From Acutalibacteraceae bacterium (GTDB taxonomy: Bacteria > Bacillota > Clostridia > Oscillospirales > Acutalibacteraceae): a stretch of DNA of 24,118 nucleotides. Positions within the stretch are counted from its first letter, which is position 1. Each line of letters opens with the position of its first letter. The notes below the pieces were generated by a model, which made no database searches, was not told the origin of the DNA, and worked only from the letters and a program-made list of their open reading frames with translations. The stretch lies in NCBI GenBank assembly GCA_045640765.1, contig JAZUFP010000020.1:1-24118 (forward strand), given 5' to 3'. The translations under genes and the position numbers were made by a program. Positions 17,685 through 24,118 of the stretch are shown here, in pieces.

Positions 17685-18595
17685 TTGCGCCCTCCCTGAT
17701 TACCGAAGGAGTCCAGTATCTTGCCGACGAGCACGCGCGTGATCGCCATCATGGCAAACAGGAAGACCGACAGCGCCGCGGCATAGCCCATTTCATACCG
17801 GCTGGTGCCGACGTCCATCAGCATTGTGACCAACGTATCGGTAGAATAGTTCACGCTTGGGAAACCGGTCAGTGTCGTAACGATCGAACCGATCGAGAAG
17901 CAGGACTGGATCTGCATGACCGCGCCGAACAGCAGGATGGATTTCATACTGGGCAGCGTAATATACCACAGTTCCACCCAACGGTTCCTGACACCGTCGA
18001 TACATCCCGCTTCGTACAGTTCCGGGTTGACGTTCTGCAAACCGGAAACATTGGCGAGGAACGAAACGCCCATGCTCATCCACAACTGGACGATCATCAC
18101 GATCGGCATGGCGTATTCGGGGGATTTGAACCATTGGATCGGTTCCGAAACCAAACCCATGGTCAGCAGGGCATTGTTGATATAACCGTAACTGTCGCCG
18201 CTGAACAGCACCTGCCAGATCAGGTAGACCTGACCGGAAAGCGCCGGCGCGTAAAACAGGAAGGAAAGCAGCGTGCGCATACCGCGGTTCAGTTCGTTGA
18301 TCATCCACGCCAGCATAAAAGCAAGGATATAACTGATCGGGCCGGTCACGATCGCCAGGAGCAGCGTGTTCCGCAATACTTTCGGGAACATATCGTCACG
18401 GGAAAACATTTTTACATAATTCCCGATACCGTTAAACTTGGGGGCGGAGATCATGTCGTAGGACGTGAAACTCAACACCACGGAAGAAATGATCGGCAGG
18501 ATCGTAAAAACGAAAAACAGGATCAGAAACGGAGCCAGCATGATCAAGCCGGTTCTGATTTCGCTGTTTTTCTTAATGCCGAGTTTTGTTTTCAT
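17681..18595 (-). CDS. Carbohydrate ABC transporter permease (MalF-like), pair 1
   Basis: MLAPFLILFFVF; LSFTSYDM; FLFYAPAL; EAA loop NVNPELYEAGCIDGV; GGAG RBS. Confidence 0.92.
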   Translation of the reverse strand: MKTKLGIKKNSEIRTGLIMLAPFLILFFVFTILPIISSVVLSFTSYDMISAPKFNGIGNYVKMFSRDDMFPKVLRNTLLLAIVTGPISYILAFMLAWMINELNRGMRTLLSFLFYAPALSGQVYLIWQVLFSGDSYGYINNALLTMGLVSEPIQWFKSPEYAMPIVMIVQLWMSMGVSFLANVSGLQNVNPELYEAGCIDGVRNRWVELWYITLPSMKSILLFGAVMQIQSCFSIGSIVTTLTGFPSVNYSTDTLVTMLMDVGTSRYEMGYAAALSVFLFAMMAITRVLVGKILDSFGNQGGRK

Positions 18596-18628
18596 AACTC
18601 CATTATCCTTTCAACGAATCGGAAATTC

Positions 18629-21505
18629 TTACTTCAATCCATATTGAGAACGCTTTTCGGCGATCTCGTTATCGGCGACCTTATCCCATTCCAACAGCAT
18701 GGAACGGACGCTCTTGTTATTGTTGACAACGTTCCAGAATGCCTGGTCAACAACGCGCGGGATGTAATAGCCGCCCGGCACTTCGGGCATTTCGCGGACA
18801 ACTTTCCACTGGTTCAGCAAAATTTCAGCGTCGTTATCATCCCAGGACAGACGCTGCATCGCACCGACCGTAGCCGGCGTATTACGCCCGGTCACGCCCA
18901 AAATAGATTCGATGTTCTGCGAGAAGCGGTACTCGATCTCATCGCTGGTCCACCATTTGATAAACTCCCACGCGTCATTGATCTCCTGCATGTTGCCGTT
19001 GTCGATGATCGCGCAGGCAGAGCCCGCGCCGGCCTGGCAGTTGTTGATCGTACCGTCTTCCTGCAAGAAGCCGGGGATCGGGGCAATTCCCCACAAGCCC
19101 TTGATTTCGGAAGCCGCGCCGCTTAACAGCGTATAGATCGGATACGACTGGATCGCCATCGGCATCAGCCCGATGCGGAAGCGGTTATAAAAATCATAGG
19201 TTTTCTGGAAACTGTATTTGTTGTAAAAATCAGTCCACATGGTGAATGCCTTGACCGCTTTGAGCGAGGTCAGTTCAATGGCGGAATAATCTTTGTTATA
19301 CAGATTGCCGCCGTCCTGCATCAGCAAAGTCGGGAAAATATTCAGCGCGCCCAGTCCCATGTTGACCTGGCTCATATCGGTGATCTGTGTATAAGGCAGA
19401 CCGACCTGCATATTGTTGCGCATGATCACCGACGAAACGTGAATGAAATCATCCCACGTTTTCGGCACCGACATACCGAGTTCTTTCAGAATATCGGAAC
19501 GGTAGAACAGAACCGTGAAAGTCTGACTGTCGGGAAGACCGTAGGCACCCTTTTTGCCGTTTGCGTCGGTAAAATCGTACGGGACGGTCGCGGTCGGCAT
19601 AAACCGTTTGCAGACCTCATCGTAATCGTCAAAGTTTTTCAGATCGTACAGCGCGCCGCGCATAGCCAGATTGACCGGTTCGGTACGGGACAACCGCAGG
19701 TAGCAGTTCGGGCCGTTGCCCGAAAGCAGACCCTGAATGACCGACGCGTTGGTCAGTTTGATATCGACCGCGATGCCGGTCTTGGGGGTAAAGTCGCTTT
19801 GGACCAGGAAGTTCAGCACCTGTGCCTGATCACGGCCCCAGTTGATCCACAGCGAAATGGAATGTTTCGTGTCGGCACCGCCGGAAATGTTATTGTAATC
19901 CCCCGCCAGCGACGCACAGAACCGCAGGAAACCGAAACGAAGATCGGTAAAGAATCCGGCGTTGTAACCCGCAATGTCCTTACCGGGCGCTTTCAGGCAG
20001 AACGCGTCGATATCCAACGGCATATTGGTCATTTCATAAAGCCACGCGCTGATACTGGAATAGTTGTCGTAAAAACTGCTTTTATAATTCTGCGCCTGAT
20101 ACTTGTAATTCAGCATACGGTCGATGACCGCCACCATACTTTTGATGATCGACGTCGCGGAACTGCTGCCGTTGCCCGAAATGCGGACGGCTTCCTTTTC
20201 AATGGCGGTCAAAGCGGTTTTCAGATTTTTCAAACGGTTTTCAAAATCCGGGATCTGACCGAACAGGTTATAGTCACGGTTGGCATCGGGCGACTCGCCG
20301 GTGATCATAACGATCTGCCGGTAAAGGGTACCGAGTTCCCTGATCTGCGGTTGAAGTTCACGCGCCAGCGACGAAAACTCGCCCAGCGTGACCGAAAGTG
20401 AAAAATCATGTTCCCCTTTGGTCAGATACACAACGTACGGCTTTCCCTTTTCGTCGGTAAAGCCGTAATGCTTCCAGGCGTTGCAATAGGCGAATTTCAA
20501 GCTCTTGGCTTCCTCAAACGGCAGTTGACCGTCAATTTTCAGGACACGGTAGGAATTGCCGTTCATCAGATAACTTTGCTGGAAATGGAAATCCAGTTCA
20601 TACAAACCGTCCGCCGGGACGTTGATTTTCCACGTGATCGTGTCGCCGACGCCGCTCCAGTTGCTGCCGCCGATGTAGTTGATCTTGTTCCGGAACGGAT
20701 CGTTCGGCACAACGTCCGCCGAGGTGGTATCCGACAAAGCGATCAGCGAATTCTGTGATTTCAGAACGGCGCTTTCGCCTTCCACATTGATCTGTTCGCC
20801 GTCGTAGGCGGTGTACCCCTTGCTCTGCCAGTCCGCCAGCGCTTCCGCAAAGGTCGGCGCGGTCTCTTCGGCACAAAGCGTCATGCCGGCAATGGCGATC
20901 TTGGCAGCGTGACCGACAAGCGTGACCGTATGTTTGCCGGGTTTCAGCGCGAACAGGTACGGATCGGCGATCAGCCCTTCCGGATCGCTGAAACGCTGTT
21001 CGTTCCAATCCAGCGCCTCGATCTGTTCCGGGGCGAATTCATTATCGGCGCCATCCTTCCGGATGGTACCGTCATCTTTCCAGATGCGCGGCAGTTTCAG
21101 TCCGGTCAGACCGTCGAAAGGTTCTTTCCCGTCGATCAGCACGTCCATCGCGAACGACTGATTTCCGTTTTCCAGCGCACGGTAATTCAGTTTGATGTTA
21201 TAAAGTCCGCCTTTTTGAAGATCGAACTGCCAGGCCAGCGCACCGTTGCCGTTCAGCCAGCGGATCGCGGATCTTCCGTCGAATTTGCCGGTTTTGATCT
21301 GCGCGCCGCGTTCCGCGGAAACGTTGTCCAAAGAAAGCGGGATATCCTGCACCGTTCCGTTCAGATCGGAATACGCGGAAAGATACGCGGCATATTCGTC
21401 TGTGAAAACAATATCGTCCGCGGTCTGCGCGGATACCGGCATATTGCAGAATACCGCCGGGATCATCATGCATATTCCCAGTAAAAACGCAACGGTTTTT
21501 TTCAT
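18629..21505 (-). CDS. Giant extracellular solute-binding protein (N-terminal CBM-like modules, helical linker, C-terminal SBP_bac_1-like domain), 958 aa
   Basis: Start moved from 21751 to ATG 21505 (AAGGAG RBS 21517-21512). SPase I-type signal (MPVSA|QT). Two beta-sandwich-like segments (WQFDLQKGGLYNIKLNY; WKINVPADGLYELDFHF), a helical stretch, then an SBP domain from about 19870 (ISLWINWGRDQ, LFYRSDILKELG, PKTWDDF, AWEFIKWW, EVPGGYY). Confidence 0.85.
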   Translation of the reverse strand: MKKTVAFLLGICMMIPAVFCNMPVSAQTADDIVFTDEYAAYLSAYSDLNGTVQDIPLSLDNVSAERGAQIKTGKFDGRSAIRWLNGNGALAWQFDLQKGGLYNIKLNYRALENGNQSFAMDVLIDGKEPFDGLTGLKLPRIWKDDGTIRKDGADNEFAPEQIEALDWNEQRFSDPEGLIADPYLFALKPGKHTVTLVGHAAKIAIAGMTLCAEETAPTFAEALADWQSKGYTAYDGEQINVEGESAVLKSQNSLIALSDTTSADVVPNDPFRNKINYIGGSNWSGVGDTITWKINVPADGLYELDFHFQQSYLMNGNSYRVLKIDGQLPFEEAKSLKFAYCNAWKHYGFTDEKGKPYVVYLTKGEHDFSLSVTLGEFSSLARELQPQIRELGTLYRQIVMITGESPDANRDYNLFGQIPDFENRLKNLKTALTAIEKEAVRISGNGSSSATSIIKSMVAVIDRMLNYKYQAQNYKSSFYDNYSSISAWLYEMTNMPLDIDAFCLKAPGKDIAGYNAGFFTDLRFGFLRFCASLAGDYNNISGGADTKHSISLWINWGRDQAQVLNFLVQSDFTPKTGIAVDIKLTNASVIQGLLSGNGPNCYLRLSRTEPVNLAMRGALYDLKNFDDYDEVCKRFMPTATVPYDFTDANGKKGAYGLPDSQTFTVLFYRSDILKELGMSVPKTWDDFIHVSSVIMRNNMQVGLPYTQITDMSQVNMGLGALNIFPTLLMQDGGNLYNKDYSAIELTSLKAVKAFTMWTDFYNKYSFQKTYDFYNRFRIGLMPMAIQSYPIYTLLSGAASEIKGLWGIAPIPGFLQEDGTINNCQAGAGSACAIIDNGNMQEINDAWEFIKWWTSDEIEYRFSQNIESILGVTGRNTPATVGAMQRLSWDDNDAEILLNQWKVVREMPEVPGGYYIPRVVDQAFWNVVNNNKSVRSMLLEWDKVADNEIAEKRSQYGLK

Positions 21506-21696
21506 GGCAAACTCCTTTTTCGTCAATAAAAATACGGCAAAACGCACACCGACGTCGTTTTTTTTGAAATCGGTATGCTGCGCGTATCGTTTTTTCAGTT
21601 GTGGATCATTCCCCCGAAACAGCGAAAGCCAAAAATCGGAAATCCATAATAAAATCGGGGGTTTCGGGCATTTTTCTGCCGAAATTTTACGGAAAA

Positions 21697-21710
21697 TATT
21701 ATCGTTCATA
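21697..21710 (-). promoter_or_regulatory. Candidate LacI-family operator TATGAACGATAATA
   Basis: 14-bp imperfect palindrome with central CG, matching the family pattern T-G-x-x-A-x-C-G-x-T-x-x-C-A except a symmetric G>A / C>T change. Centred about +13 from the predicted transcription start (about 21716). Confidence 0.5.
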
Positions 21711-21722
21711 TCCGTTGTGTTT

Positions 21723-21751
21723 ATTATATCATTTCCGTCCCGATTTGTCAA
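21723..21751 (-). promoter_or_regulatory. Sigma-A/sigma-70 promoter of the carbohydrate operon
   Basis: Exact consensus TTGACA (21751-21746), 17-nt spacer, TATAAT (21728-21723), with extended -10 TGn. Confidence 0.9.
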
Positions 21752-21884
21752 TCCTTTTTTAGTAAAATTGTGAAATTCTCACCCCGCATTTTTGGCGGAA
21801 TTATTTATATTCCATAACTCTGTCCGCCACTTCCGGAAAATATCCGTTTTTCTGACAATTTCGGACAATATTATGAATTTAATG

Positions 21885-21913
21885 TTGAAAAAACGAAAAA
21901 AAAATGTTATGAT
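21885..21913 (+). promoter_or_regulatory. Sigma-A/sigma-70 promoter of the LacI-family gene
   Basis: TTGAAA (21885-21890), 17 nt, TATGAT (21908-21913) with extended -10 TGn; about 40 nt upstream of the ATG. Confidence 0.75.
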
Positions 21914-21953
21914 ACTGTTGTTAACTACATATTTCAGGCAGGAGAACCTCAAT

Positions 21954-22961
21954 ATGGCAAAAAAACAAGAATTCAAACGTGTTTTAATGAGTGATATTGC
22001 CCGGGAGGCCGGTGTCTCCACCAATACCGTATCCAACGCGCTGAACGGCAGCTCCCTTGTCAAAGAAGAGACCAAGGCACGCATCCTTGAAATCGCCGAG
22101 CGGATGAATTATATCGGCAACGCATCGGCACGGTATCTGCGATCAGGGAAAAGTAATATGATCGCGGTGATCGTCGGCGATATCGCCAACCCCCATCTTT
22201 CCTTGGCGGTCAAACAGTTGTGCGACCAGTTTGCCCAAAAGAATTACGGCACGCTGGTACTGAATACCAACGAAGACGCCGCCATTGAACGGCGCGCCAT
22301 CGAAACCGCTTTGCGGCAGAACGTGGACGGGATCATCCTTTCCCCCACCGCCGACAGTGAAGATAACGTGCGGTTTCTGAACGGTTTTAACATTCCGTTC
22401 GTACTGTTGGGCAGGAAATTCGACAGTGTGGATTGCAATTACGTTATTTCGGACGACGAATACAGCGGATATATTATCGGAAAGCATTTGCTGGAACGGG
22501 GACATAACAAGATCTTATTCATGAACGGTCCGGAAAACCTTTCCTGTTCGATCGACCGGCTGGCGGGATACAGGCGCGCGCTTGCGGAATACAAACTGGA
22601 TTATAATCCCGATTATACGTACACGGTCCCGTTGCTGACCACCGACCGCTATCATCCGGTCCTTCGCGTGTTGGAAGAACACCCCGAATGCACCGCCGTC
22701 ATCACTTTTTCGGACATGCTTTCCTTAAAGGTCATGTACTGTGTCAATCGGTTTTTCCCCGAGAAAAAAGTCGAGGTCGCGTCGTTTGACAACATTCAGG
22801 GTTCCTTCCCCGTCAACATTGACCTGACCACCGTCGGCCCGGTGCAAAACGGACAGAATACGGCGACCGGCTGTTCCCAGTTGCTGTCGGAGTTGATACA
22901 ACACCCCACCACCAAAACGACCCACATCGTTATCAAAACAAAAACCATTACGACGAAATAA
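21954..22961 (+). CDS. LacI-family transcriptional regulator, 335 aa
   Basis: Start moved from 21792 to ATG 21954 (AGGAG RBS 21940-21944). HTH VLMSDIAREAGVSTNTVSNALNG, hinge NASARYLRSGKS, sugar-binding fold motifs (NVDGIILSP, HLLERGHNKI, RLAGYRRAL). Confidence 0.95.
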   Translation: MAKKQEFKRVLMSDIAREAGVSTNTVSNALNGSSLVKEETKARILEIAERMNYIGNASARYLRSGKSNMIAVIVGDIANPHLSLAVKQLCDQFAQKNYGTLVLNTNEDAAIERRAIETALRQNVDGIILSPTADSEDNVRFLNGFNIPFVLLGRKFDSVDCNYVISDDEYSGYIIGKHLLERGHNKILFMNGPENLSCSIDRLAGYRRALAEYKLDYNPDYTYTVPLLTTDRYHPVLRVLEEHPECTAVITFSDMLSLKVMYCVNRFFPEKKVEVASFDNIQGSFPVNIDLTTVGPVQNGQNTATGCSQLLSELIQHPTTKTTHIVIKTKTITTK

Positions 22962-22995
22962 AAAATGCCTCCGTCACCGTGACGGAGGCATTTTT
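22961..22995. terminator. Bidirectional intrinsic terminator
   Basis: 17-bp perfect inverted repeat AAAAATGCCTCCGTCAC-c-GTGACGGAGGCATTTTT between the convergent lacI and STAS stop codons; T-tract on both strands. Confidence 0.9.
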
Positions 22996-23002
22996 ATTAC
23001 GG

Positions 23003-23299
23003 TTATTCAATGGTCAGGATATCGGCGAAGCCGGTAATCTCAAAAACTTCCATAATATCCTCACAGACGTTCTTGATGATCATGCTGCCCTGCGCACTCA
23101 TTTTTTTCTGCGTTGAAAGCAGTACACGCAATCCGGCGGAAGAAATATATTCCAGTTCCTTGAAATCAAGGATCAGTTTCGTGATCCCACCGGACTGTTC
23201 GGCCAACGCGCTTTCCAACTGCGGCGCGGTATTGGTGTCCAGTCTGCCCTGCAAAGAAAGCGTTAATTCCGTTCCCGTTTTGATGTTGGTGATAGTCAT
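23003..23299 (-). CDS. STAS-domain protein (anti-sigma-factor antagonist, SpoIIAA/RsbV-like), 98 aa
   Basis: LQGRLDTNTAPQLE; LDFKELEYISSAGLRVLL; VFEITGF; strong AAGGAGG RBS overlapping the upstream stop codon. Confidence 0.92.
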   Translation of the reverse strand: MTITNIKTGTELTLSLQGRLDTNTAPQLESALAEQSGGITKLILDFKELEYISSAGLRVLLSTQKKMSAQGSMIIKNVCEDIMEVFEITGFADILTIE

Positions 23300-23311
23300 A
23301 TCTGCTCCTCC

Positions 23312-24118
23312 TTAAAAAATCAGGGTATCGACCTGATCCAGCAGGTCGATAATATGCTGTTTATACGTTTCGATCTCCTTACGGCCCTGCTCGTCATCCA
23401 GACCGCCACGGCGGATCAAACGGCGCATCAGCCGGGTATAACCGATCAGTTTCGCCTTGTTCGCCACTTCGGCGTTTCGCTGTTCGTCCTCCGTTCCGAG
23501 GTACATTGCCAACGTCTTTTTCCAGATCTCGGTCGCCGCCTCATACGAAATGCCGAGGAAATTACGCGACACGTTGTGATCCAGTTCCGCGAATCCCTGA
23601 TAAGCGTTGAAAACGCTGGCAAGTTCAAAGATCGGATGACCGTGGCAAAGGGTATCCATATCGATCAGCAGGACCTCGCCGTCCTGCATCATTACGTTTT
23701 TAACGTGATAATCCCCGTGCATCATGTGCAGGTCTTCCGGCACTTCTTCGACCAGTCTGCGCAATTTATCGCCCTTTCCGTCCGGCAGGTATTTACACAC
23801 GAAATCCACCCAGTCCAGCACCACGCGGCGCATATCGGGCATATCTTCCGGCCTGACGACCGTTCCGTGGATCTTTTTCAGCAGATCAACGTACAACCCG
23901 ACGTAATGATCCAGTTTTTCCGGTTCGGCGTCGATCAGTTTTGCAAAGGATTTCGCGCTTAACAGTTCAAAAACCGAACCGTACTGTTCCCCGACCTTGA
24001 CCACATCGTACGGGATCGCCGTCGGAATGCCCAGCACAAACGCGCGGCGCGCCAGTTCACGCTCGCGGTGGATATCGGGCAGCGCGTCGGGATTGAAATA
24101 AACCTTGACGATGGTGTC
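23312..24118 (-). CDS. APH/choline-kinase-like phosphotransferase; 5' end beyond the window
   Basis: The frame stays open upstream of the track's GTG at 24037 to the edge (DTIVKVYFNPDALPDIHRERELARRAFVLGIPTAIPYDVV). Catalytic HGDYHVKNVM and metal-binding LLIDMD motifs; resembles my recollection of the TIGR02172-like family often linked to STAS domains. Confidence 0.8.
   Translation of the reverse strand, partial: DTIVKVYFNPDALPDIHRERELARRAFVLGIPTAIPYDVVKVGEQYGSVFELLSAKSFAKLIDAEPEKLDHYVGLYVDLLKKIHGTVVRPEDMPDMRRVVLDWVDFVCKYLPDGKGDKLRRLVEEVPEDLHMMHGDYHVKNVMMQDGEVLLIDMDTLCHGHPIFELASVFNAYQGFAELDHNVSRNFLGISYEAATEIWKKTLAMYLGTEDEQRNAEVANKAKLIGYTRLMRRLIRRGGLDDEQGRKEIETYKQHIIDLLDQVDTLIF

Noticed and set aside
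4210-20401. Other long + strand ORFs (4210..5232, 15213..16235, 17645..19126, 19439..20401) and the many short overlapping ORFs
   Set aside because: All lie within well-supported genes with coherent motifs and RBSs, and none shows independent signals.
21506-21751. 82-aa N-terminal extension of the giant SBP from the ORF track
   Set aside because: Its TTG start is the TTGACA -35 box itself, so it lies upstream of the transcript; ATG 21505 has an RBS and begins a signal peptide.
21779-22084. 54-aa extension of LacI from 21792, and the minus-strand ORF 21779..22084
   Set aside because: The extension begins upstream of the lacI promoter and ATG 21954 has a good RBS; the minus ORF is antisense to the HTH and promoter region.
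8874-22995. Shared CCGTC...GACGG core in the hairpins at 8874-8898 and 22961-22995 as a REP-like repeat family
   Set aside because: Only two instances, a 5-bp shared core, and different flanks and loops; each is explained by its local role.
23312-24118. Aminoglycoside-resistance gene
   Set aside because: Only the generic APH-fold motifs are present; the STAS context and absence of mobile-element features argue against a resistance call.
1-24118. CRISPR arrays, tRNA/rRNA genes, IS elements, frameshifted pseudogenes
   Set aside because: None seen; the window is tiled by intact ORFs with short gaps, and the only periodicity is at protein level.

Overview
Fully coding window (roughly 50% GC by eye) that looks like a Clostridia-type (Bacillota) genome; the taxonomy is an inference from gene content and sigma-A/RBS signals. 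About 21.5 kb is one minus-strand carbohydrate-utilisation operon driven by a perfect TTGACA-17-TATAAT promoter (21751-21723), with a divergent LacI-family regulator. In transcription order it encodes: a giant 958-aa solute-binding protein (SBP), permease pair 1, an NHL/TPR/TM/Yip1-like fusion protein, a DUF5696-like lipoprotein, permease pair 2, a lipoprotein SBP, a 1662-aa membrane-anchored protein of nine tandem CBM-like modules with no evident catalytic domain, and two divergent paralogous clan GH-A-like glycosidases. The first glycosidase is a lipoprotein. The second is apparently cytoplasmic, runs off the left edge and is missing from the supplied ORF track. Both carry T-E-P instead of the usual N-E-P at the predicted acid/base site, and the second has what looks like a circularly permuted CBM4/9 inserted in its barrel. 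A bidirectional terminator separates lacI from a convergent APH-like kinase + STAS gene pair at the right edge. No ABC ATPase, RNA gene, CRISPR array or mobile element was seen. Family assignments come from motif recognition, not database searches. The most interesting candidate is the whole locus: a poorly characterised Gram-positive surface glycan capture-and-import machine with a possibly new glycosidase family and an unknown substrate.
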